From an uncultured Alphaproteobacteria bacterium (lineage in GTDB: Bacteria > Pseudomonadota > Alphaproteobacteria > Rhizobiales > Xanthobacteraceae): 64,000 nucleotides of DNA. Every line of letters starts with the position of its first letter. Positions within the stretch are counted from its first letter, which is position 1. Made by a program: the position numbers and the translations under genes. The stretch is from the NCBI GenBank assembly GCA_963833605.1, contig CAWHYZ010000003.1, forward strand, positions 71,760-135,759. Reading direction: 5' to 3'. Of this stretch, positions 49,431 to 57,672 are shown piece by piece. Under the pieces are notes generated by a model. It ran no database searches and was not told the origin of the DNA. It saw only the letters and a list, made by a program, of their open reading frames with translations.

Positions 49431-49763
49431 ATGACGAGTTACATGCCTCTTTGGCGATGGATGTGCCGGCTCCTGATCGCGGTCGGGCCGATATCGGTGG
49501 CGACTGCGGGGACGCTTGAGGATCAAGGCAAGGTGTTGTTGACCCGACTCTGCGCCCAGTGCCACGCAGTCGGACGAACCGGGACGAGCCCTCACCTCGG
49601 AGCGCCGCCGTTTCGCACGATCGGGGATCGCTACAACATCGCTGAATTGACCGAGAGAATGACCGACCGGCTGATCTCGACGCATCCCGACATGCCGGAC
49701 TTCCATTTCAGCGAGGACAATGCCAAGGCGGTGCGCGCCTATTTGTATTCGATACAGCAGTAA
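49431..49763 (+). CDS. Small mono-haem cytochrome c
   Basis: Signal-like N-terminus, CAQCH haem motif and a THPDMP candidate Met ligand. Confidence 0.75.
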   Translation: MTSYMPLWRWMCRLLIAVGPISVATAGTLEDQGKVLLTRLCAQCHAVGRTGTSPHLGAPPFRTIGDRYNIAELTERMTDRLISTHPDMPDFHFSEDNAKAVRAYLYSIQQ

Positions 49764-49868
49764 GTGCGACGCTCCGCCGGGACGACCGAGCGTACGGGAT
49801 CGTGCATCTGCATCGCCGAATTACTACGATCGCGGCCGAAATTGATCTTACGCAAGCGCGGCGGTCGC

Positions 49869-52205
49869 ATGGTCCCGCACGATAACCCAATGGCAATCGC
49901 GACTTGGGAAATCTTGATCCCGTCAGAGCGCAGCCTCAGACGCGCGTTGGTGATTATTGCGGTGCTCGGACTCGCAGTGGGAATTCTACTGCGCCTTTCC
50001 GACTATCCCGATCTCGCGAACCTCGCGTGGTCGGCGGCCACCGTGCCGGTTGCCGCCGGTCTCGTTGGCTCGATCATCAGGGATCTGTTGGCCGGGCGCT
50101 TAGGGGTCGATGCGATCGCGCTCGTTGCAATGGTGGGCGCACTCGCGCTGGGCCAGCCGCTGGCGGGCGCCGTTGTCGCGCTGATGTATTCGGGCGGCAA
50201 TATGCTCGAGGATATCGCGGTCGCGCGCGCCGAGAAGGATCTGCGAGCGCTGGTCGACCGTGCGCCCCGCTTGGCACATCGCGAAACGGGTGAGGCCGTC
50301 GCGGATGTTCCTGTCGGCGATGTCCTCGTGGGCGACAAACTCCTGGTGCGCGCCGGCGAGGTCATCCCGGTCGACGGTTTTGTGAGCTCGCTCACCGCCA
50401 CAATCGACAAATCGGCGGTGACCGGCGAACCGATTCCAAAGCTGCGGCCGCGAGGCTCTGCGATTTCCAGCGGTGCGCTTAATGCCGGTGAGACGTTCTC
50501 CATGATCGCCTCCTCGACTGCCGGCGAGAGCACCTATGCGGGCATCCTGCGACTGGTCAATGCGGCGCAGACCGCCAAGGCGCCATTCGTGCGGCTCGCG
50601 GATCGCTACGCGCTGTTCTTCCTGCCGTTCGCCCTTCTTGTGGCAGCTGTTGCCTGGCTCCTTTCGGGAGATCTCATTCGCGGACTGGCCGTGATGGTCG
50701 CGGCAACGCCCTGTCCGCTCATCCTGGCGGCGCCGGTCGCTTTCATCGCCGGGGTCGCCCAGGCGGCGCGGCGCGGCATTCTGATCAAAGGCGGAGCGCC
50801 GCTCGAGGCGCTGGCGCGGGCGCACACGGTCTTGTTCGACAAGACCGGCACGCTGACGGTCGGCGGCGCACGGCTTCTGTCGGTCGAGGCTGCGCCCGGT
50901 GAGAGTCCCGATGCGGTGCTGCGGTTGGGGGCTTCGCTCGAGCAGGCTTCGCATCATGTCGTCGCTGCCGCGATTGTTGCGGCCGCCCGCGAGCGCGGGA
51001 TGCGGCTTGTGATGCCCGAAAAGGTGCGTGAGGAGGCGGGTTCGGGGCTACACGGAAGCATCGAGGGCAACCGCGTAAGCGCCGGCTCCTACGACATCGT
51101 GTTTGGACATCGACAGGCCGATGCATGGGCCCTGCGGGCCCTGCGTCGGGCCTCCTGGCGATCGGCGCTGGTCGTCTTCGTTGCGGTCGACGGGCGGCCG
51201 GTCGGCGCGCTGCTGCTGGCCGATGAACTGCGCGCCGATACGCCGCACGCGATCCGCATGCTGCGTGCGGCCGGCGTAGCGCGCATCGGCATGATCACCG
51301 GCGATCGGGCGGCCGCTGCACAGACCATCGGGGCGGCGCTCGATCTGGATTGTGTCCTGGCTGACCGCGTTCCATCCGACAAGGTCGATGCCGTGCGCAC
51401 CGAGCGGCGGCTCAATCCGACCGTCATGGTGGGGGACGGAATCAATGACGCGCCGGCGCTGGCGGCCTCCGACGTCGGCATCGCGATGGGGGCCCGCGGT
51501 GCCAGCGCCTCGTCCGAGGCGGCCGACGTGGTGATCCTGGCGGATCGGCTCGATCGGGTCGGCGAGGCTATCGTCATTGCCCAGCGCGCCCGCCGCATCG
51601 CGGTCGAGAGCATCATTGTCGGCATGGGCTTGTCGATTCTGGCCATGCTGGCCGCGGCGGCCGGATGGCTGGTTCCGGTCGCGGCCGCGATCGTGCAGGA
51701 AGTGATCGACGTGGCGGTGATCCTCAATGCGCTGCGCGCCCTGCGCCCAGCGGACCGCCGTATCCGGCATATGATTCCGGCGGCTGCCGGGCGCGAGCTG
51801 CACCACGATCACGTGAAGCTCGGACACGGTCTCGATCGGCTCCGGTCGATTGCGGATGCTCTCGACGACGCGACCGCCGAAACGGCGACTGCGTTGGTCA
51901 CCGAAGCCAATGACATCGTCCAGCACGCGGTGGTGGAACACGAACGCGATGATGAAGGAAACGTCTACCCCAGGATCGCGAAGGCTCTATCCGACCGCAA
52001 CGCTCTCTCGGCGATGAGCCGGGCGCACCGCGAAATCCTGCACCTGGCCCGGCTGCTTGCGCGCCTCGTCGAAGATCTGCCGCTGGAGAAGATCGATCGC
52101 TACCTCATTCGTGACGCGCAGCGCGTGATCGAGGCAGTCGAAGCGCTCGTGCGCATCCATATCGCGCAGGAAGACGATATTTACGAAGCAGTCGTGGCAA
52201 CCTAA
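49869..52205 (+). CDS. P1B-type heavy-metal ATPase with a C-terminal hemerythrin-like domain (P1B-5-like)
   Basis: DKTGTLT, GDGINDAPALA and a transmembrane TPCP motif, with no N-terminal metal-binding domain. The C-terminal ~150 aa carry H/E/D-rich helices (HHDHVKLGH, VVEHERDDE, HREILHL, HIAQEDDIYE). The start is uncertain (ATG 49869 chosen). Confidence 0.85.
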   Translation: MVPHDNPMAIATWEILIPSERSLRRALVIIAVLGLAVGILLRLSDYPDLANLAWSAATVPVAAGLVGSIIRDLLAGRLGVDAIALVAMVGALALGQPLAGAVVALMYSGGNMLEDIAVARAEKDLRALVDRAPRLAHRETGEAVADVPVGDVLVGDKLLVRAGEVIPVDGFVSSLTATIDKSAVTGEPIPKLRPRGSAISSGALNAGETFSMIASSTAGESTYAGILRLVNAAQTAKAPFVRLADRYALFFLPFALLVAAVAWLLSGDLIRGLAVMVAATPCPLILAAPVAFIAGVAQAARRGILIKGGAPLEALARAHTVLFDKTGTLTVGGARLLSVEAAPGESPDAVLRLGASLEQASHHVVAAAIVAAARERGMRLVMPEKVREEAGSGLHGSIEGNRVSAGSYDIVFGHRQADAWALRALRRASWRSALVVFVAVDGRPVGALLLADELRADTPHAIRMLRAAGVARIGMITGDRAAAAQTIGAALDLDCVLADRVPSDKVDAVRTERRLNPTVMVGDGINDAPALAASDVGIAMGARGASASSEAADVVILADRLDRVGEAIVIAQRARRIAVESIIVGMGLSILAMLAAAAGWLVPVAAAIVQEVIDVAVILNALRALRPADRRIRHMIPAAAGRELHHDHVKLGHGLDRLRSIADALDDATAETATALVTEANDIVQHAVVEHERDDEGNVYPRIAKALSDRNALSAMSRAHREILHLARLLARLVEDLPLEKIDRYLIRDAQRVIEAVEALVRIHIAQEDDIYEAVVAT

Positions 52206-52389
52206 TCGCAATCGTCGAGACAGCTGGCTCCAACCGGTGAGGGTGACTTTTCCGGTTTTGTTTTCATCGCTGCTGAGCTATGCGATCCTGACGCACTTGG
52301 TCAAAGTCTGGTTCGTTCGCCGTTGGGGGGATGTAGGCCTCCGCCCCATGGAACCGAAACTGCCGGCGCGCCCTCGCGTTGCCCAGTTT

Positions 52390-52403
52390 TTGAGCTAGCT
52401 CAA
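52390..52403. promoter_or_regulatory. FixK/FNR-type box TTGAGCTAGCTCAA (a fully palindromic 14-mer)
   Basis: Perfect TTGA-N6-TCAA. The centre lies 41.5 nt from the A of ATG 52438. Confidence 0.7.
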
Positions 52404-52437
52404 TACGCCTTACGCAAGAGCAACTGCACTATCCGCC

Positions 52438-53562
52438 ATGCCCGGCGTCGACGATTATCCGCTTGCCGCTCTCGGCCTGCTCTGGCCGGCGATCATCGCA
52501 GAGCAGGCAAGCGAATTGGCAACTGCTTGGACGCAGGGGCTGCTCGATCTTGCCAACGCCCATGGTGAGCCACCGGGTGCCGAGCCAGGCTGGGTGACAC
52601 CCAACGAGGTCGTGCTTGACCTCGAGAGCGTGCGGCTACGCGGCTTTTGCACCTCCGCAAAAGGGCAACCCATTTTGGTCTGTGCGCCGTTTGCCCTGCA
52701 CGGTGCCGCCATCACCGACATCGCGCCTGGCCATAGTCTGGTTGAAGCGTTGCACGCGACAACGCAGAGCCCGGTGTTCGTGACGGATTGGCGGTCGGCC
52801 ACTGCCAGCATGGGTTTGCGTGCCATTGACGATTACCTCGCCGATCTCAACGTGCTCGTCGATGAACTCGGAGGAGCGGTCGATCTCATTGGGCTCTGCC
52901 AAGGCGGTTGGATGGGGCTTGCGTACGCGACACGCTTCCCCAGGAAAGTGCGCAAGCTGGTGCTGGCAGGGGCGCCGATCGACATCAGTGCCGCCGACAG
53001 CGCCTTGTCGCGAATTGCGCAGTCGACGCCTTTGAGCGTGTTCAAGGAATTGGTGGCTCTTGGCGGCGGCCGCATGCTGGGACGCAGCCTGTTTCGTTTC
53101 TGGGAGCCGAGATCGCTTGAAACTGAGGCCATTCACTCGACGTTGCAAAGTGCTCAGGCGATGGACACGGAAGCATTCCGCCGGCTCGCTGCGCGCTTTC
53201 GCGAATGGTACGCATGGACGCTCGATTTGCCCGGCCGCTACTATCTCGAAGTGGTCGAACGGCTTTACCTGAACAACGAGCTCGCGACCGGGCGGTTCAT
53301 GGCGCTCGGCCGACGCATCGACCTAGCCGCCGTGCAAGTGCCTGTTTTCCTGCTTGCCGCGCGTGATGATCAAGTCGCTGCCCCGGCCCAGACCCTGGGT
53401 CTTCGGCAGCTGATCGGGACGCCGCCGGCGGGGATCCGCCACGTCGTTGCGCCAGGCGAGCACCTCGGACTCTTCATGGGGTGCCGAACGCTCGCCAACG
53501 AGTGGCGTGAGATCGGGGCGTGGCTGGCGCAGCCGGATCCGGCTCTGTCGGACGCTGCCTGA
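52438..53562 (+). CDS. Alpha/beta-fold protein resembling a class III/IV PHA synthase catalytic subunit
   Basis: Lipase-box-like GLCQGGW (G-x-C-x-G-G) with downstream Asp (ARDDQV) and His (GEHLGLF) candidates. 374 aa. No phaE-like partner is adjacent. Confidence 0.65.
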   Translation: MPGVDDYPLAALGLLWPAIIAEQASELATAWTQGLLDLANAHGEPPGAEPGWVTPNEVVLDLESVRLRGFCTSAKGQPILVCAPFALHGAAITDIAPGHSLVEALHATTQSPVFVTDWRSATASMGLRAIDDYLADLNVLVDELGGAVDLIGLCQGGWMGLAYATRFPRKVRKLVLAGAPIDISAADSALSRIAQSTPLSVFKELVALGGGRMLGRSLFRFWEPRSLETEAIHSTLQSAQAMDTEAFRRLAARFREWYAWTLDLPGRYYLEVVERLYLNNELATGRFMALGRRIDLAAVQVPVFLLAARDDQVAAPAQTLGLRQLIGTPPAGIRHVVAPGEHLGLFMGCRTLANEWREIGAWLAQPDPALSDAA

Positions 53563-53631
53563 GAAGCGCTGGCGCGGACCAATCTCATGTAGTGGAACTT
53601 CGGAATCGGGATGCGCTCTATCCTTTTGTTT

Positions 53632-53680
53632 GAGCGTGTCCTTTTCGCAAAACCGGTGTCCACTTTTGCGGGACACGCTC
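53632..53680. repeat. ~50-bp stem-loop repeat with an AAAACCGGTGTCCACTTTT loop
   Basis: 10-bp stem, GAGCGTGTCC ... GGACACGCTC, between the convergent PHA synthase genes. Confidence 0.85.
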
Positions 53681-53695
53681 TAGAATCTTCTTTTT

Positions 53696-53744
53696 GCGCA
53701 TGTCCTTATCGGAAAACCGGCACCCACTTTTCCGGGACATGCGC
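53696..53744. repeat. ~50-bp stem-loop repeat with an AAAACCGGCACCCACTTTT loop
   Basis: 10-bp stem, GCGCATGTCC ... GGACATGCGC, ending 5 nt before the phaC stop. Confidence 0.85.
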
Positions 53745-53748
53745 TAAA

Positions 53749-55572
53749 TTAGCGTTGCCGCACATACGTCCCGGGCGCCGGACCAAGTGGCGTCAGTCCT
53801 TGCGCGGGCGCCCCGATGCTGGGCAACGACACGCGTCCGGCCTCGCTTTGCGCCGTGAGCCACAACGTCCATTCCGGCCACCATGACCCGTCCTTGCGGT
53901 TCGCGTGCGCGAGCCAGGTATCCGAATCGACGTAGCGACCTTCGGGTGCCCGCGTCGCCACGTAGTAATGGCGTCCGTGGTGACCGGGCTCCGACACCAC
54001 GCCCGCATTGTGACCCCCGTTCGTGAGCACGAATGTGAGCGCGTTGTCGGTGAACAGGTGGACCTTGTAGACCGAGCGCCACGGCGCGATGTGGTCGGTC
54101 TCGGTGCCGATCACGAACATCGGTGTATGGATGTCCTTCAACGCAATGACGCGCCCGTCCACCGCATAGCGCCCGGCGGTCAACCGATTTTCGAGGAAGA
54201 GCGCGCGCAGATATTGCGAATGCATGCGATAGGGCATGCGGGTTTGGTCGGCATTCCAGGCGGTGAGGTCGGTCGCGGCATCGCGCTCGCCAATCAGGTA
54301 CTCGCGCATCATCTTCGACCAGATCAGGTCGTTCGAACGCAGTGCCTGAAAGGCCCCGGCCATCTGCCGCGTATCGAGCACGCCCTGGTCCCACATCATG
54401 TCTTCAAGAAACGCAATCTGGCTCTCGTCGACGAACAGCATCAGTTCGCCGGCCTCGCTGAAATCGGTCTGGGCGGCGAGCAGCGTCACACTCGCCAGCC
54501 GGTCATCGCCGTCCCGCGCCATGGTGGCGGCGGCGATCGCCAACAGGGTGCCGCCGATGCAATAGCCGCACGCGTGCACCTTGCGGTCTGGCACCACGTC
54601 GTTGACCGCCTCGAGCGCCGCCATGATGCCGGCGGTGCGATAACTATCAAACGCAAGGTCGCGATCGGCGGCGGTCGGGTTACGCCAGGACACCATGAAC
54701 ACGGTGAAACCGTGCTCGACCAGGTAGCGCACCAGGGAATTGTGCGGGCGCAGGTCGAGTACGTAATATTTCATGATCCACGCCGGCACGATCAGCACTG
54801 GGTCGGCGATCACGTCCTGTGTCATGGGCTTGTATTGAATGAGCTCTATCAAGTCGTTGCGGTAGACCACCTCGCCGGGCGTGATCGCGAGGTCCTCGCC
54901 AACCCGAAAGCCGCTAGGTGCGGGCGATTGCTCCATCGCGAACGCGCGCAGGCTATCCTCGAAGAAATTGCTGATACCGCGCACCAGGTTCGCGCCGCCC
55001 TCCGCGCGGGTCCGCTCGACGACGACCGGATTGAGCCACGGGACGTTCGATGGCGAGCAAACGTCGAGCATCTGACGTGCCATGAAATCGACGCGCGTCG
55101 CATTTTTCGGCGTCATGCCGCGCACCTCGCGCGTCGCAGCGCGCCACCACTCCTCCTGTGCGAGAAACAGCTGCTGCCAGACCACATAGGGTCGCTTGCC
55201 CCATTCGGGATCGGCAAAGCGGTGGTCGCCCGCGGGAGGCGGAAACGGCACCGTCGTTTGCTTTCCCATTCCGACATCCATGGTGAAGCGCATGAGCCGC
55301 GCGGCAAAGGCCACCGACTGCAGGGCAAGCTCCAATTGACGCCCCGGTGCGCGGCCGAGATGAGAGGCCCAATCGGTCCAGGCCGCCAGCTGCGCATGCG
55401 GCGATACCCCCTGTGTGACGCGAGCCGTCATCGCCCGCGCCACCTGGTTGAGTGTCTCGAACGAGGGCAGGTCCATGTGTCCGGCTAGGTCGGCGGCAAC
55501 AGGCCCGGCCGCGCGTGGCGCGCTTTCGTGCGGATGTCGAACGGACTGCTTCAGCGGGGACATCTCGAGCAT
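53749..55572 (-). CDS. phaC: Class I poly(3-hydroxyalkanoate) synthase
   Basis: Lipase box GYCIGGT, the PhaC N-domain (FADPEWG, WQQLFL) and about 607 aa from ATG 55572 (MLEMSPL). Confidence 0.9.
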   Translation of the reverse strand: MLEMSPLKQSVRHPHESAPRAAGPVAADLAGHMDLPSFETLNQVARAMTARVTQGVSPHAQLAAWTDWASHLGRAPGRQLELALQSVAFAARLMRFTMDVGMGKQTTVPFPPPAGDHRFADPEWGKRPYVVWQQLFLAQEEWWRAATREVRGMTPKNATRVDFMARQMLDVCSPSNVPWLNPVVVERTRAEGGANLVRGISNFFEDSLRAFAMEQSPAPSGFRVGEDLAITPGEVVYRNDLIELIQYKPMTQDVIADPVLIVPAWIMKYYVLDLRPHNSLVRYLVEHGFTVFMVSWRNPTAADRDLAFDSYRTAGIMAALEAVNDVVPDRKVHACGYCIGGTLLAIAAATMARDGDDRLASVTLLAAQTDFSEAGELMLFVDESQIAFLEDMMWDQGVLDTRQMAGAFQALRSNDLIWSKMMREYLIGERDAATDLTAWNADQTRMPYRMHSQYLRALFLENRLTAGRYAVDGRVIALKDIHTPMFVIGTETDHIAPWRSVYKVHLFTDNALTFVLTNGGHNAGVVSEPGHHGRHYYVATRAPEGRYVDSDTWLAHANRKDGSWWPEWTLWLTAQSEAGRVSLPSIGAPAQGLTPLGPAPGTYVRQR

Positions 55573-55632
55573 GTGGAAGACCTGCAACAAGGGCGGAAAC
55601 TCATCTCCGTATCGGTGCGAGACGAATGTGTC

Positions 55633-55646
55633 ATGATCTAGGTCAA
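55633..55646. promoter_or_regulatory. Near-consensus FixK-type box (minus strand TTGACCTAGATCAT)
   Basis: One mismatch. The -41.5 geometry predicts a TSS about 26 nt upstream of the phaC ATG at 55572. Confidence 0.45.
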
Positions 55647-55785
55647 CGCGCGTGCCCCCGGCTGTCCAAATCGCGACCAACCGCCTAATCTAAATCGCGT
55701 CGACAAACACGCGATATTGCGCCAAAAGGTTGCTACGCCTGCCGGGGGATCGGGAATCGGCGGCGGCTCACGGAGACCAAGTATC

Positions 55786-56118
55786 ATGCTTCGTAAATTG
55801 GCTTGCGTTGTCACGCCCATTGCCGCCACGGTCGTGGGTTTCGGCCTCGCGATTTCGACCGCATCCGCCGACCCGGCCAACGGGGAGCGTCTTGCACGCC
55901 AATGGTGCGCCGCGTGCCATGTCGTCGCGCCCGATCAAAAGGGGACAGCCGTCGACGTTCAACCGTTTTCGGCCATCGCGCGGATGCCGGGCTTCAACCG
56001 CGAGAAGGTTGCTTTTTTTCTGCTCGACCCGCATCCCAAGATGCCGAACATGTCGTTGTCGCGGAGCGAGGCCGCCGATCTCGCTGACTACATTGCATCG
56101 CTCGCGACCACCCGCTGA
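55786..56118 (+). CDS. Small mono-haem cytochrome c
   Basis: Signal peptide MLRKLACVVTPIAATVVGFGLAISTASA, CAACH and DPHPKMP. Confidence 0.75.
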   Translation: MLRKLACVVTPIAATVVGFGLAISTASADPANGERLARQWCAACHVVAPDQKGTAVDVQPFSAIARMPGFNREKVAFFLLDPHPKMPNMSLSRSEAADLADYIASLATTR

Positions 56119-56169
56119 ATGGGCGCTGCGTTGATGCGATCCCAGGGTGGTCCGGCTTCAGGAGGACGT

Positions 56170-56472
56170 ATGAAGGTGCATCGTTGGATCGCGCTTGCGG
56201 CATGCGTGTTGCCGTCAACGGTCCTTGCCGCTGACGCCAACAACGGCAGAGATATTGCGCAGCGCCAATGCGCCGCCTGTCACATCGTTATGCCACATCA
56301 ACGCAACGAGGTGGCCGACGCTCCGCCCTTCGACGTGATCGGCAGGAAACGCGGCTTTGATGCTGACGTGCTTGCATACGCTCTGCTCGAACCCCACCCA
56401 AGGATGAACTTTGCGCTGACGCGGCGCGAAGCGGTCGACGTTGCGGCTTATATCAGTACGCTCGCGAAATAG
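56170..56472 (+). CDS. Small mono-haem cytochrome c
   Basis: A GGAGGA SD, signal peptide MKVHRWIALAACVLPSTVLA, CAACH and EPHPRM. Confidence 0.75.
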   Translation: MKVHRWIALAACVLPSTVLAADANNGRDIAQRQCAACHIVMPHQRNEVADAPPFDVIGRKRGFDADVLAYALLEPHPRMNFALTRREAVDVAAYISTLAK

Positions 56473-56538
56473 CGGGTACGGACGCAACCCACCTACTCCT
56501 GAGCACTCCGGCTACACGCCGATCGACCAAGGCGGCGA

Positions 56539-57663
56539 CTACGTCGCCTGGGCAGCAACCGAGCGGAAGCGCCATAGCGCAAGACCGAAGAATAAGCCGC
56601 CGATAACCGCGACCGCGAGGAATTGCGGCCAGACCACGCCGAAGCCGGCTCCCCGATAGAGAATCGATTGTGCAAATGACACGAAGTGGGTCGATGGGGA
56701 CGCCTGCATGATGGTTGCGAGCCAAGGGGGCATGCTTTCGAGCGGCGTATTGCTGCCCGAGAGCAGGTTCATCGGCAAAAAAACCAGCATGAACAGCAAT
56801 CCCAGCTGTGGCATGGAGCGCGCTACGGTGCCGAGAAAAATGCCAATCAACGTCGCAAAGAACAAATAAATCGCCACTCCGATCATGAACAACGGGACCG
56901 ATCCGGCGATGGGAACGCCGAGTACCATTTGAACAACGAGGTAAAGCGATAGCCCAACCGCTATGACGATCACCAGTCCGTTGGCCCAGACCTTGGACAT
57001 GGCGATTTCGAACGGCGTCAGGGGCATCACCAGAAGATGATCCATGGTTCCGTGTTCGCGTTCACGGACAATGGCTGCTCCCGCAAGAATGATCGCCAGC
57101 ATTGTGACATTGTTGATAATGCCCATGACGCTTATGAACCATGCGGTCGTGATGTTTGGGTTGAATGCGATGCGCACGGCGAGATTAACGGGCGGCAGGG
57201 GCAAGCCCTCTGTACGTGATACGAAGTCGTTGATTTCACGCGTGATGATCTGTTGCGCGTAACCGGCACCGATGCCGGCCTGCACCATTGCGGTCGCGTC
57301 GACGTTGACCTGGATAACGGGCTGGCGGCCGCCCAGCACATCGCGCTGAAAGTGGGGGGGAATATCGATCACAAAAGTGTACGTGCCGTTGTTCATCAGG
57401 GGCACGATGTCCCGCTCGGCGATTGCACGCGGTGGCTTGAAGTATGGCGGCAGGAAAGCGTGCGTGATCCGGCGTGAAAGCTCCGAATGATCTTCGTCGA
57501 CAACGGCGATCGAGGCATTGTGCACCTCCTGCGAGCTGCTTTGGGCCTGGCTGATGATGGCCAGCGAGAACGCGTAGATGACGAGTTCCAGCAGCACAAA
57601 GTCGTGCGAGAAGCTGCGCAGCTCCTTGAGGCCGAGCCAGAATATGTTGCTGATCTTCGGCAT
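56539..57663 (-). CDS. ABC-2 type transporter permease (YhhJ-like)
   Basis: 374 aa, with an N-terminal TM helix plus a C-terminal six-helix ABC-2 domain. Follows the RbbA-like gene. Confidence 0.85.
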   Translation of the reverse strand: MPKISNIFWLGLKELRSFSHDFVLLELVIYAFSLAIISQAQSSSQEVHNASIAVVDEDHSELSRRITHAFLPPYFKPPRAIAERDIVPLMNNGTYTFVIDIPPHFQRDVLGGRQPVIQVNVDATAMVQAGIGAGYAQQIITREINDFVSRTEGLPLPPVNLAVRIAFNPNITTAWFISVMGIINNVTMLAIILAGAAIVREREHGTMDHLLVMPLTPFEIAMSKVWANGLVIVIAVGLSLYLVVQMVLGVPIAGSVPLFMIGVAIYLFFATLIGIFLGTVARSMPQLGLLFMLVFLPMNLLSGSNTPLESMPPWLATIMQASPSTHFVSFAQSILYRGAGFGVVWPQFLAVAVIGGLFFGLALWRFRSVAAQAT

Positions 57664-57672
57664 CGGCTGCCC

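Noticed and set aside
52228-52262. A terminator after the P1B ATPase (AACCGG-N14-CCGGTT followed by TTGTTTT)
   Set aside because: The stem is only 6 bp and the loop is 14 nt, too weak to call without 3'-end data.
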